The translations under genes and the position numbers were made by a program. From contig DASUPQ010000223.1 in assembly GCA_036280995.1 (NCBI GenBank), forward strand, positions 1-42,825: 42,825 nt of DNA. The letters run 5' to 3'. This document shows, in pieces, positions 26,394 through 35,687 of this stretch. The notes beneath the pieces were generated by a model. It was not told the DNA's origin, ran no database searches, and saw nothing but the letters and a program-made list of their open reading frames with translations. Numbering within the stretch: position 1 is the stretch's first letter; every line of letters begins with the position of its first letter. The stretch comes from Actinomycetota bacterium. GTDB lineage: Bacteria > Actinomycetota > CALGFH01.

Positions 26394-26410
26394 TCGTCCG
26401 GTGCCGCCGA

Positions 26411-28075
26411 TCAGGGCGCGTTGGCCGAATCGTTACGCCGCGCCTCGAGGCGGCGCTCGGCGCCCAGGCGGCCCAGCCCGGCCTCCCCGCCGGGCTCGTC
26501 GTGGACGACGAAGCGCATCGCCTCGGCGATGCCCCGGTGCCCGGCCTCGGTCGCCACCAGCCGGTGCATCTGCTGGGCGACCAGGCGGTAGGCGCGATGC
26601 CCCTGGGGGGTGGAGCGCAGCTCGGCCAGGTGCATCAGCTCGCGGGCGTTCATGGTCATGGCGAAGCGGACCCGGTGGGCCAGGCCGACGGCGTAGGCGG
26701 CCTGGGCCGGGAACCGGGGGGCGAGGGCGGCGTACAGCCCCGCCGAGGCGTCCATGGCGGCCTGGAAGCGCCCGGCCAGCCCGGCCTCGGCGACGTCGCC
26801 GGGCAGGTCGTAGCCGAGGCCGGGGGTGAGCGGCTGCCACACGATCGTGCACATCCGGTGGCGCTGGAGGTCCCGGAAGGCGCCGTAGTCGGCGACGACG
26901 TCGAAGGTGTAGACGGCCCGCTCGAACGCCCGGCCGGGACGGTGGCGGCGGTTGCGGCGCTCGCCGACATAGGCGGCCAGCAGCCGGGCCCGCTCCTCGG
27001 CCCCGAGCCCGGCCACCCGGGCGGCCACCTCGGCCTCCCCGATCCCAAGGTTGGGGTAGGCGATCGCGGTCAGGACCTTGTCCTCGCCGGCCGGGTCGAA
27101 CTCGGTGAGCCGGACCGACGGGCCCGGCTGGGCGGCCGGGGGGGCGTCCCCCAGGACGGCCTCCACCACCTTGGCCGTCTCGGCGGCCGTGTCGGCCAGG
27201 TAGCGGGACCAGGCCACCCCCCGGTCCTCGCGGTCGACCCGGTGCAGGAACGCGGGGATGACCTGCCGCAGCTCCTCCAGCAGCAGGTCGGCGTAGCTGC
27301 GGGCCTCGGGCAGGGCGGAGGCCCGCAGCCGCAGCAGCAGCGCCTCGTACGCCTGCCCGGTGGCGAAGATGCCCAGGTTGGAGGTGGTGGCGGCCGGCAG
27401 CAGGCCGCGCAGGGCGTCCAGGGCCCTGGCCTTGACCGCGCGCCGCCAGGCGGCCTCGCTCGACCCCGGCTCGTGGGGCACGACCGCGGCCAGGTGGTCG
27501 GTCATCGCCGGCAGCAGCTCGGCGTAGGTGGCGAACAGCCCGTCCATCACCCGCCGGTACTCCGGACCGAGGTCGCTGGCGTCGACGTCCGGGTCGAGGT
27601 GGTAGCGCCAGCGCCCGCCGGGCCGGTCGGCGTAGGAGACGTAGCGGGTCGACTGCTCCAGGTAGGCGGCCAGCCGCCCCCACTCCAGCTGCTTGGTGAG
27701 CAGGTTGGAGGCCTGCTCGCAGGCCACGTGGGCCCCGCCGAGCTGGGCCACCGAGTCGTCCCCGTAGTCGAGGAATACACGCTCGTAGAGCGCCTCCGCC
27801 CTGGCCACGCCGACCAGGCTCGCCTCATCGACCGGGGGGGCCGAAAGCGCCCCCCCGGACCCCTCCCGCTCGACCTGGTCGGCGAACTCGTCCAGGAACA
27901 GCCGGCGCAGGGTCTTGCCCGAGCGGGAGTAGCGGGCGAACAGGGCGCCCTTCACCGTCTCGGGCAGGTTCCGCAGGGCGAACACGGGTCGGTCGAGGTT
28001 GGTCACGTACGGGGCCAGGCGGGCCCGCTCGTCGTCGGTGAACTCCTCGGCCCAATAGGCCGGGTGGGCGGTCAC
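26411..28075 (-). CDS. thyX: Tandem-domain ThyX-like protein (putative FAD-dependent thymidylate synthase, fused duplication)
   Basis: A 554-aa ORF, about twice the normal ThyX length. The N half contains ...SVAQLGGAHVACEQASNLLTKQLEWGRLAAYLEQSTRY. The C half contains ...YGAFRDLQRHRMCT..., which carries the RHR motif. The GTG start overlaps the dapB stop as GTGA, and thyX neighbours dap genes in actinobacteria. Confidence 0.6.
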   Translation of the reverse strand: MTAHPAYWAEEFTDDERARLAPYVTNLDRPVFALRNLPETVKGALFARYSRSGKTLRRLFLDEFADQVEREGSGGALSAPPVDEASLVGVARAEALYERVFLDYGDDSVAQLGGAHVACEQASNLLTKQLEWGRLAAYLEQSTRYVSYADRPGGRWRYHLDPDVDASDLGPEYRRVMDGLFATYAELLPAMTDHLAAVVPHEPGSSEAAWRRAVKARALDALRGLLPAATTSNLGIFATGQAYEALLLRLRASALPEARSYADLLLEELRQVIPAFLHRVDREDRGVAWSRYLADTAAETAKVVEAVLGDAPPAAQPGPSVRLTEFDPAGEDKVLTAIAYPNLGIGEAEVAARVAGLGAEERARLLAAYVGERRNRRHRPGRAFERAVYTFDVVADYGAFRDLQRHRMCTIVWQPLTPGLGYDLPGDVAEAGLAGRFQAAMDASAGLYAALAPRFPAQAAYAVGLAHRVRFAMTMNARELMHLAELRSTPQGHRAYRLVAQQMHRLVATEAGHRGIAEAMRFVVHDEPGGEAGLGRLGAERRLEARRNDSANAP

Positions 28076-28869
28076 GAGAGCCCCAGCAGCGGCTCGAGGC
28101 CGGTGGTGAGCCCTGGCCGGGCCGCGACCTCCCGGACGGCCAGCAGCACCCCCGGCATGAACGACGACCGGTCGAGCGAGTCGTGGCGCAACGTCAGGAC
28201 CTCCCCCTGCCCGCCGAAGATGACCTCCTGGTGCGCCACCAGGCCGGGCAGCCGGACCGAGTGGACCCGGACCCCGTCGACCTCGCCGCCCCGGACGCCG
28301 GACACCGACTCGGCGCCCGGGACCGGCCCCGGGTCGCCCTCGCGGGCGGCGGCGATCGCCCTGGCCGTGCGCAGGGCCGTGCCCGAGGGGGCGTCGGCCT
28401 TGCCCTGGTGGTGCAGCTCGATGACCTCCGCGGCCGGGTAGAAGCGCCCGGCCACGGCCGCGAAGTGCATGGCCAGCACCGCCCCGAGGGCGAAGTTGGG
28501 CGCCCAGACGGCGTTGCCGTGGTCGGCCTTGCCGGCCAGGGCGGCCAGCTCGTCCATCAGCTCGGCCGGCAGCCCGGTCGTCCCCGACACCAGGTGGATG
28601 CCCTCCCCCAGCAGCCCCCCGGCGGCCGCGGCGGTCGCCTCGGGCCGGGAGAAGTCGACCACCACCTCGGCCCCGGCGGCGACCAGGTCGGTCACGTTCC
28701 CGGCGACCCCCAACCCCTCGGGCGCGTCGGGCACCAGGTCGCGCAGCGGCCGGCCGACCCCGGTGGCGCGGGCGACCACGGCGACCAGCTCCAGGCCGGG
28801 TGCTTCCAGCACCGCGTTACATACAGACAGCCCCATCCGCCCCGTCGCCCCGAGCACCCCGACCCGCAC
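28072..28869 (-). CDS. dapB: 4-hydroxy-tetrahydrodipicolinate reductase
   Basis: A 265-aa ORF, the C-terminal part of the long ORF 28072..29607. It has VRVGVLGATGRMG (NAD(P) binding) and ELHHQGKADAPSGTA (the DapB signature). A GAAGGAGG SD lies 7 nt before GTG 28869. Confidence 0.92.
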   Translation of the reverse strand: MRVGVLGATGRMGLSVCNAVLEAPGLELVAVVARATGVGRPLRDLVPDAPEGLGVAGNVTDLVAAGAEVVVDFSRPEATAAAAGGLLGEGIHLVSGTTGLPAELMDELAALAGKADHGNAVWAPNFALGAVLAMHFAAVAGRFYPAAEVIELHHQGKADAPSGTALRTARAIAAAREGDPGPVPGAESVSGVRGGEVDGVRVHSVRLPGLVAHQEVIFGGQGEVLTLRHDSLDRSSFMPGVLLAVREVAARPGLTTGLEPLLGLS

Positions 28870-28965
28870 CCCGCCGCCTCCTTCGCCGTCGCCTGCCGAC
28901 CGCAGGCAGGATAGCCGGTCGCCGCGACCTGCTTGGCGACCGGCGAAGTTGGTTACGCTGTTGCC

Positions 28966-29691
28966 ATGCTGGATCTGGTCGACAACGAGGCCGTGGTGCT
29001 CGCCGTGCTCGGCGACCGCTACCGGCTGCCGGTGGAACGGCTCGTCCCGGGCGAGGTCGCCGTGGCCGAGGCGACGCACCCGGGCATGCCCGTGTGCGCC
29101 CTGGCCAGGGGGGGCGGGGCGGTGGTCGCGGTCGAGCCGGCCTGGAGCGGGCTGCTCCGCCGGCACCTGGACGGCCCGGCGTCGCTGGGGACGGCCCTGG
29201 CGGCGGTGGCCGGCGCCGCCGGCGGCCAGCACTTCTCCTGGGTCGCCCGCACCGGGGTGGCCATCCCGCCCCCCGAGGCCGAGGTCACGGTGCTGGACAC
29301 CACCGACCCGCGGCTGCCGGAGTGGGTCATCGGCCACTTCACCGGCGAGGCCTGGGTGGTCCTGGGCGACGGCGGCCGGGTGCTGTCGACCGCCGTCCTC
29401 AAGCGCTACGACGACCGGCTCCGGGAGATCTCCGTCGGCACCAGCGAGGCCGCCCGCGGCCGCGGCCTGGCCAAGGCGGTGACGGCCGCCGCCGCCCGGG
29501 CGGTGCTGGCCGAGGGCCGGGCCGTCCTCTACAACCACGACGCCACCAACCACACCTCGGCCCGGGTCGCCGAGGCGGTCGGCCTGCACGAGTTCGGCCG
29601 CTGCCACGCCGTCGTCACCGGCAGCGAGCCCGGCCCCGAGGTCGCCGACGACGCCACGAAGGCCCAGCCGGGAGGGTCAACCTCAACCTGA
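28966..29691 (+). CDS. GNAT-family N-acetyltransferase-like protein
   Basis: The C-terminal region EISVGTSEAARGRGLAKAVTAAAARAVLAEGRAVLYNHDATNHTSARVAEAVGL resembles GNAT motif A (R/Q-x-x-G-x-G/A). ATG 28966 is preferred over the upstream non-ATG start at 28933. Confidence 0.5.
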   Translation: MLDLVDNEAVVLAVLGDRYRLPVERLVPGEVAVAEATHPGMPVCALARGGGAVVAVEPAWSGLLRRHLDGPASLGTALAAVAGAAGGQHFSWVARTGVAIPPPEAEVTVLDTTDPRLPEWVIGHFTGEAWVVLGDGGRVLSTAVLKRYDDRLREISVGTSEAARGRGLAKAVTAAAARAVLAEGRAVLYNHDATNHTSARVAEAVGLHEFGRCHAVVTGSEPGPEVADDATKAQPGGSTST

Positions 29692-29734
29692 GGGTCACCC
29701 GCACACGGCAACCATCTCGTCCTACAGTGGGACC

Positions 29735-30739
29735 ATGGGGGCACGCCGGACCAACCTGGCCCTGCTGATCGTGCTGGTGGCGGCCCTGGCCACCGGGGCG
29801 CTGGCGTTCGCCGCCGGGACCGGGTGGGGACGGCCGGTGGTGATCGCCCACGGCCTGGCCGGGCTGGCCGTGCTGGTCCTGGCCCCCTGGAAGTCGGTCG
29901 TCGTCCGCCGCGGCCTGGCCAGGCGGCCAGGCCCGGGCCGGTGGGCGTCGGTGGCCTTCGGGGTCCTGGTGCTGGTCGCGGTGGCGGCCGGCCTGGCCCA
30001 CGCCACCGGGGCGGCGGCCAGCCTCGGGCCGGTCAGCGCCATGCAGGTCCACGTGGGCGCCGCCCTGGCCGCGGTCCCCCTGCTGGCCTGGCACGCCGCC
30101 GTCCGCGGCGGGCCCAGGGCCCGCCGCACCGACCTGTCCCGGCGGGCCCTGCTGCGCGCCGGCATCGTCGCCGGCGGGGCCGGCCTGCTCCTCCTGGCCG
30201 TCGAGGGCGCGACCCGCCTGGCCGCCCTGCCCGGCGCCCGCCGCCGCTTCACCGGCTCCCTGCCGGTGACCGACCCGGCCCGGATCCCGGTGACCCAGTG
30301 GCTGGACGACCGGGTCCAGGTGCTCGACCCAGCCGCCTGGCGGCTGCGGGTCACGGCCGGTGGCACGACCCGGGACTGGACCTACGAGGAGCTGGCCGGC
30401 TTCGGCGACCGGGTCGAGGCCGTGCTCGACTGCACCGGCGGCTGGTACGCCCGGGCCACCTGGGAGGGGGTCCGCCTGGACCGCCTGCTCCCCCCGGGGG
30501 CCGCGGGCGACGTGGTGGTGACCTCGGCCACCGGCTACCGGCGCCGGCTCCCCCTGGCCGACGCCGGCGCCCTGCTCCTCGCCACCCGCCTGGCCGGCCG
30601 CCCCCTCAGCGCCGGCCACGGCTTCCCGGCCCGCCTGGTCGCCCCCGGCCGCCGCGGCTTCTGGTGGGTCAAGTGGGTGGCCTCGATCGACCTCGACCCG
30701 GCCCCCTGGTGGCGCCAGCCGCCGTTCCCGCTGACCTGA
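29735..30739 (+). CDS. Membrane-anchored molybdopterin-dependent oxidoreductase (sulfite-oxidase/YedY-like fold)
   Basis: A 334-aa ORF with N-terminal TM helices bearing conserved His, a twin-Arg-like SRRALLRAG segment and a C-terminal Mo-binding-domain-like region (VLDCTGGWYARATWEGVRL...GHGFPARLVAPGRRGFWWVKWV). Confidence 0.65.
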   Translation: MGARRTNLALLIVLVAALATGALAFAAGTGWGRPVVIAHGLAGLAVLVLAPWKSVVVRRGLARRPGPGRWASVAFGVLVLVAVAAGLAHATGAAASLGPVSAMQVHVGAALAAVPLLAWHAAVRGGPRARRTDLSRRALLRAGIVAGGAGLLLLAVEGATRLAALPGARRRFTGSLPVTDPARIPVTQWLDDRVQVLDPAAWRLRVTAGGTTRDWTYEELAGFGDRVEAVLDCTGGWYARATWEGVRLDRLLPPGAAGDVVVTSATGYRRRLPLADAGALLLATRLAGRPLSAGHGFPARLVAPGRRGFWWVKWVASIDLDPAPWWRQPPFPLT

Positions 30740-30756
30740 CGCAACCTTTGAGCCGG

Positions 30757-30772
30757 TCCAGGCGCCCGCCTG
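30757..30772. terminator. Candidate bidirectional hairpin between convergent genes
   Basis: CCAGGC-GCCC-GCCTGG forms a 6-bp stem with a 4-nt loop. It lies between the Mo-oxidoreductase stop (30739) and the LOG stop (30774). Confidence 0.3.
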
Positions 30773-30773
30773 G

Positions 30774-31496
30774 TCAGCGCTCGACCGTGGCCCCGCCGGC
30801 GCGGCGGGGGGGCGGGTCGCCGGGGAGCGCGGTCCAGTCCTCGAGGGCGGCCTCGGGCACGGGGGCGCCGCGGCCGTCGAAGGGGCCGGCGATCGGGGAC
30901 GGGCCGGACTCGGCCAGGTCGACCGCTTCGGCGGCGGTCCTGGCCACCTGGAACAGGGCGCCCTCGCCAAGGGGGGCGAAGCCCTGGGCGACCATGTCGG
31001 CCACCATGGCCAGGAACGGGTCCCAGTAGCCGGCCCCGTTGACCAGCACGATCGGCCGGTCGTGGAGGCGGAGCTGGCGCAGGGTGAGCACCTCCAGCAG
31101 CTCCTCCAGGGTGCCGAACCCGCCTGGGAGGGCGACGAAGGCGTCGGCCCGGGCGTCCATCTCGGCCTTGCGCTCGCGCAGGGTCTCGGTGACGAGCAGC
31201 TCGTCGGCCCGGTCGTAGGCCAGCTCGCGGTCGACCAGCCCCTGGGGGATGACCCCGACCACGGTGCCGCCGTGCTCGTGGACCGAGCGGGCGAGCTCCC
31301 CCATCAGGCCGACGTTGCCGCCGCCGTAGACCAGCCGGTGGCCGCGCCGGGCCAGCTCGCGGCCCAGGTCGCGGGCCGCGGACCGGTAGGTCTCGGGCAG
31401 GCCCCCGGCCGAGGAGCAGAAGACGCAGACCGACCGGCGCACTTGGCGGTCGGAACCAATCGAGCGTCCGCCGAAGGCGGACCCCATGCCGTTCAT
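30774..31496 (-). CDS. LOG family protein (TIGR00730-type nucleotide 5'-monophosphate nucleosidase / cytokinin riboside 5'-monophosphate phosphoribohydrolase)
   Basis: A 240-aa ORF with VCVFCSS..., GGGNVGLMG and the PGGFGTLEEL motif. Its ATG overlaps the upstream M16 peptidase stop as ATGA. Confidence 0.85.
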   Translation of the reverse strand: MNGMGSAFGGRSIGSDRQVRRSVCVFCSSAGGLPETYRSAARDLGRELARRGHRLVYGGGNVGLMGELARSVHEHGGTVVGVIPQGLVDRELAYDRADELLVTETLRERKAEMDARADAFVALPGGFGTLEELLEVLTLRQLRLHDRPIVLVNGAGYWDPFLAMVADMVAQGFAPLGEGALFQVARTAAEAVDLAESGPSPIAGPFDGRGAPVPEAALEDWTALPGDPPPRRAGGATVER

Positions 31497-32764
31497 CTCA
31501 CGTACTGGGCGAAGCCGTCGTCGTCGAACGGCCCGATCAGGGCCAGGGCGCGGGGGCCGGTGCCGAGGACCTCCTTGGCCACGGCGCGGACGTCGGCGTC
31601 GGTGACGGCGTCGACGCGGCGGATGACCTCGTCGACCGAGAGGATCTCGCCGAAGGTCAGCTCCGACTTGCCCAGGCGGGTCATGCGGCCGGAGGTGTCC
31701 TCCATGCCCAGCACCAGCGACCCCTCCAGGTGGCCCTTGCCCCGCTCCAGCTCGGCCTCGGTCAGGCCCTCGGCGACCACCCGCTCCAGCTCGTCGCGGA
31801 CGATGGCCAGCACGTCGTGGATGCGCTTGGGCGCGGCCCCGGCGTAGACCGAGAACGAGCCCGTCTCGGTGTACTGGGCGGCGTAGGAGTAGATCGAGTA
31901 GACCAGGCCCCGCTTCTCCCGCACCTCCTGGAACAGCCGCGAGCTGACCCCGCCGCCGAAGGCGACGTTGAGGACGCCGAGGGCGAAGCGGCGCGGGTCG
32001 GCGCGGGACAGCCCGCGGCTGCCCAGCACCACGTGGGCCTGCTCGGTCGGCTTGCGCCGGACCGCGACCCCGCCGTTGACCCGCGGCTCGCGCCGGCCCT
32101 CGCGGGGGCCGATGGGATCGCCCGCCCCGGCCTCGCCGAACGCCTCGGCGACGAGCTCGACCACCTGGTCGTGCTCCAGGCTCCCGGCCGCCGCCACCAC
32201 CAGGTTGCCGGGCACGTAGTGGCGCCGCCAGTAGCGGGCGATGGCGTCGCGTCGCATGTTGGTGATCGAGTCGACCGTGCCCAGCACCGGCCGGCCCAGC
32301 GGGTGCCCTCCGAACAGGGTCTCGGCGAACAGGTCGTGGACGACGTCGTCGGGGGCGTCGTTGTGCATGCCGATCTCTTCCAGGATGACGGTGCGCTCGG
32401 CGTCGACGTCGGCGGCGGCCATCTTGGAGAAGCGCAGCATGTCGACCAGGACGTCGACCGCCAGGGGCAGGTCGCGGTCGAGGGTCCTGGCGTAGAAGCA
32501 GGTGTACTCCTTGGAGGTGAAGGCGTTGGTCTCGCCGCCGACCGCGTCCATCGCCTCGGCGATGTCGCGGGCCGAGCGCCGGCGGGTGCCCTTGAACAGC
32601 AGGTGCTCCAGGTAGTGGGAGGCGCCGGCCAGGCGTGGGGTCTCGTCACGGGACCCCACGCCGGCCCAGATGCCGAGGGTGACCGAGCGCACGGCTGGCA
32701 TGCGCTCGGTCAGGACCCTCAAGCCGCCCGGCAGCTCGGTGCGCTCGAACCCGGCTCCGGTCAC
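31493..32764 (-). CDS. M16 (pitrilysin/insulinase) family zinc peptidase, PepR-like
   Basis: A 423-aa ORF with the inverted zinc motif HxxEH (HYLEHLLFKGT). It starts 4 nt after the pnp stop, where actinobacterial pepR is found. Confidence 0.85.
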   Translation of the reverse strand: MTGAGFERTELPGGLRVLTERMPAVRSVTLGIWAGVGSRDETPRLAGASHYLEHLLFKGTRRRSARDIAEAMDAVGGETNAFTSKEYTCFYARTLDRDLPLAVDVLVDMLRFSKMAAADVDAERTVILEEIGMHNDAPDDVVHDLFAETLFGGHPLGRPVLGTVDSITNMRRDAIARYWRRHYVPGNLVVAAAGSLEHDQVVELVAEAFGEAGAGDPIGPREGRREPRVNGGVAVRRKPTEQAHVVLGSRGLSRADPRRFALGVLNVAFGGGVSSRLFQEVREKRGLVYSIYSYAAQYTETGSFSVYAGAAPKRIHDVLAIVRDELERVVAEGLTEAELERGKGHLEGSLVLGMEDTSGRMTRLGKSELTFGEILSVDEVIRRVDAVTDADVRAVAKEVLGTGPRALALIGPFDDDGFAQYVR

Positions 32765-32768
32765 CGCC

Positions 32769-34985
32769 TCAGCCTTCCTCGCCGCCGCCGTCGGCGGCCG
32801 GGGCGCCGGTGCCGGCGTTGGCCTCGCCCTCGCCCTCCTCGGCCAGCTTCAGGGAGATGCGGTTCTGGCGGTCGACCTCCATCACCTCGACGAGCAGCTT
32901 GTCGCCGACGTTGACGACGTCCTCGACGGCCCGCACCCGCTGCCCCTTCTTGCCGAGGCGCGAGATGTGCAGCAGGCCGTCCTTGCCCGGGGTGAGCGAG
33001 ATGAAGGCCCCGAAGGTGGTGGTCTTGACCACCGTGCCCAGGTAGCGCTCGCCGACCTGGGGCATGACCGGGTTCATCTGCTCGCGGATCATCTTGAGGG
33101 CGATGTCGAGCTGGTCGCCGTCGGTGGCCCCGATGTAGACCCGGCCGTCGTCCTCGATCGAGATCTCGGCGCCCGAGGTCGACTGGATCTCGTTGATCCG
33201 CTTGCCCTTGGGACCGATCAGCTCGCCGATCTTGGCCACCGGGATCTGCTCGACATGGACCCGAGGGGCGAGCCGGTTGAGCTGCTCGCGCGGGCGGTCG
33301 ATGGCCGCCTGGATGACGTCGAGGATGACCATGCGGGCGTCACGGGCCTGGGTCAGGGCGCCGATCAGGACCTCGCTGGGGATGCCGGTGAGCTTGGTGT
33401 CGAGCTGCAGGGCGGTGACGAACTCGCGCGTGCCCGCGACCTTGAAGTCCATGTCGCCGAAGGCGTCCTCGGCGCCGAGGATGTCGGTCAGGGTGACGTA
33501 CTCGCCGCCCTCGGCGATCAGGCCCATGGCGATGCCGCCGACCGGGGCCTTGATGGGCACGCCGGCGTCCATCAGCGACAGGGTGGAGGCGCACACCGAG
33601 GCCATCGAGGTCGAGCCGTTGGAGCTCAGGACCTCCGAGACCAGCCGCAGCGCGTAGGGGAACTCCTCCTTGTCCGGGATCACCGGCAGCAGGGCCCGCT
33701 CGGCCAGCGCGCCGTGGCCGATCTCGCGGCGCTTGGGCCCGCGCATGAAGCCGACCTCACCGGTGGAGAAGGGCGGGAAGTTGTAGTGGTGCATGTAGCG
33801 CTTGCGGTCCTCGGGGTCGAGGGTGTCGACGATCTGCTCCATGCGGACCATGCCGAGGGTGGTGATGTTCAGCACCTGGGTCTCGCCGCGCTGGAACAGC
33901 CCGGAGCCGTGGGCCCGGGGCAGGATGCCGACCTCGGCCTCGAGCGGCCGGATGTCGCGCGGCCCGCGGCCGTCGATCCGCTTGGCGTCCTTGACGACCC
34001 GCTGGCGGACCAGCTCCTTGGTCAGGCTGCGGAAGGCGGCCGAGGCCTCCTTGTCGCGGCCGGCCAGGGCCTCGCCGAGCTGCTCGGTCGCGGCCTGGAC
34101 GGCCTCGGCCTTGAGCTCGTCGAGGCGGACCTCCCGCTCGGCCTTGTCGCCGATGGTGATGGCCTCGCGCACCTGGGCCTCGACCGCGGCCCGGACGGCC
34201 CCGGCCACGTCCTCGCCGTACTCGGCGAACAGCGGGTACTCGCGGGGCTGGGCGCCGGCCTGGCGGACCAGCTCGACCTGGAGCTGGCAGGCGGTGGCGA
34301 TGTGGGTCTTGGCCAGCTCGAGGGCGAGCCCGAGGGCCTCCTCGGTCGGCTTGGGGGCGCCGGTCTCCTCCATCAGGCGCGTGGCCTGCTCGGTCGCCTC
34401 GGCCTCGACCATGAGGATGTCGACCCCGCCGGCCTCGTTCTGGCGGCCGGCCACGACCATGTCGAAGGTGCACTCCTCGAGCTCGGAGTAGGTCGGGTTG
34501 ACGATCCAGTCGCCCGCCTTGCGGCCGAGCCGGACGGCCCCGACCGGGCCCGAGAACGGGATGCCGGCCAGCTGCACGGCCGCCGAGGCGCCGTTGATGG
34601 CGAGCACGTCCGAGAGGTTCTCCATGTCGGTCGACATGATGGTGGCGACCACGTGGATCTCGTTGCGCATCCCCTTGGGGAACGAGGGGCGCAGCGGCCG
34701 GTCGACCAGCCTGGCCGTCAGGATGGCCGTCTCCGACGGCCGGCCCTCACGACGGAAGAAGCCGCCGGGGATCTTGCCGGCGGCGTACATGCGCTCCTCG
34801 ACGTCCACGGTGAGGGGCATGAAGTCGAGCTGTTCCTTGGGATGCTTGGCCGCCGTGGCGGTGACCAGGAGCTGGGTCTCGCCCAGCCCGATGACGACGG
34901 CGCCGCCCGCCTGCTTGGCCAGCTTGCCGGTCTCCAGATAGAGCTCGCGGCCGCCGACGGCGCCTTGCACACGATGAACTGCCAT
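32769..34985 (-). CDS. pnp: Polyribonucleotide nucleotidyltransferase (PNPase / GpsI)
   Basis: A 738-aa ORF with two RNase PH domains followed by KH and S1 domains (...[31 protein letters not shown]). A GGAAGAGGGAGAG SD precedes the start. Confidence 0.96.
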   Translation of the reverse strand: MAVHRVQGAVGGRELYLETGKLAKQAGGAVVIGLGETQLLVTATAAKHPKEQLDFMPLTVDVEERMYAAGKIPGGFFRREGRPSETAILTARLVDRPLRPSFPKGMRNEIHVVATIMSTDMENLSDVLAINGASAAVQLAGIPFSGPVGAVRLGRKAGDWIVNPTYSELEECTFDMVVAGRQNEAGGVDILMVEAEATEQATRLMEETGAPKPTEEALGLALELAKTHIATACQLQVELVRQAGAQPREYPLFAEYGEDVAGAVRAAVEAQVREAITIGDKAEREVRLDELKAEAVQAATEQLGEALAGRDKEASAAFRSLTKELVRQRVVKDAKRIDGRGPRDIRPLEAEVGILPRAHGSGLFQRGETQVLNITTLGMVRMEQIVDTLDPEDRKRYMHHYNFPPFSTGEVGFMRGPKRREIGHGALAERALLPVIPDKEEFPYALRLVSEVLSSNGSTSMASVCASTLSLMDAGVPIKAPVGGIAMGLIAEGGEYVTLTDILGAEDAFGDMDFKVAGTREFVTALQLDTKLTGIPSEVLIGALTQARDARMVILDVIQAAIDRPREQLNRLAPRVHVEQIPVAKIGELIGPKGKRINEIQSTSGAEISIEDDGRVYIGATDGDQLDIALKMIREQMNPVMPQVGERYLGTVVKTTTFGAFISLTPGKDGLLHISRLGKKGQRVRAVEDVVNVGDKLLVEVMEVDRQNRISLKLAEEGEGEANAGTGAPAADGGGEEG

Positions 34986-35255
34986 AGATGTGGATCTCTC
35001 CCTCTTCCTCTGCCGCCCCGCGCCTGGCGGGGCGAACCCATGCCCGGCCGCGGTCGCGGCCGGAGCGGCCTGCTCGGGCGGGAGCCGGGGGCGAGGTGCC
35101 AGTTCTCAGTCGAAAGGCCTGGGCGATGCTCGTGGCTCGGCGTCCAGGGCTCACCACTGACAACTGACATCGGCCGGGGCGATCCCGGTCGGCAGGGTCC
35201 TGCTCAGCGCGCCAGGGGCATCACCGTCCTCTGCACCCTGGTCCGTCCACCCCGG
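34986..35255 (-). promoter_or_regulatory. Structured pnp 5' leader (candidate Actino-pnp-type autoregulatory element)
   Basis: A 270-nt rpsO-pnp spacer. Strong minus-strand hairpins CCGGCCGCG-AC-CGCGGCCGG and CGCCCCGC-CAGGC-GCGGGGCG lie just upstream of the SD. A direct repeat TGTCAG-T-TGTCAG lies further upstream. Confidence 0.4.
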
Positions 35256-35522
35256 TCAGCGGCGCAGCCCGAGGCGCTCGATGAGCGCCCGGTAGCGGGC
35301 GACATCGTTGTTCTGGAGGTAGCGGAGCAGCCGCCGGCGGCGGCCGACCATCTGCAGGAGCCCGCGACGCGAGTGGTGGTCGTGCTTGTGGACCTTGAGG
35401 TGCTCGGTGAGCCCGTTGATGCGCGTGGTGAGCAGGGCCACCTGGACCTCGGGCGAGCCGGTGTCGCCCTCCTTGGTCGCGTACTCGGTGATGATCTTGG
35501 CCTTGTCGTCCTTGACCAGCAT
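35256..35522 (-). CDS. rpsO: 30S ribosomal protein S15
   Basis: An 88-aa ORF from ATG 35522: [69 protein letters not shown]... The longer 127-aa track ORF is an upstream extension. A GGGAGAGG SD precedes the start. Confidence 0.96.
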   Translation of the reverse strand: MLVKDDKAKIITEYATKEGDTGSPEVQVALLTTRINGLTEHLKVHKHDHHSRRGLLQMVGRRRRLLRYLQNNDVARYRALIERLGLRR

Positions 35523-35687
35523 GCTGCTGCCTCTCCCATGACGGCTGCGGATTCTGCCCGGGGGCCCCGGCTGGCGCTGTAACGGCGCGGCCAGGGGTCC
35601 CGCGTCCCGGACGGTCGCCGGGCCGATCGGCCCAGCCACCCGCGCCAGGGTAGCACGGGCGGGTCGCTGGGCGCCGGAACCCGCTGC
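35523..35687 (-). promoter_or_regulatory. rpsO promoter/leader with a possible S15-binding structure
   Basis: The minus strand has a TACCCT -10-like hexamer. A long-range pairing GGCGCGG...CCGCGCC encloses two GC hairpins (GGGCCGATCGGCCC and CCCGG-N7-CCGGG). No covariation evidence is available from a single sequence. Confidence 0.25.

Noticed and set aside
35155-35163. TTGTCAGTG (minus strand) in the pnp leader, an exact match to the upstream half of the RecA-NDp motif.
   Set aside because: No TAnnnT hexamer lies 8 nt downstream (TGGACG is found instead), so it is not counted as a PafBC-type promoter.
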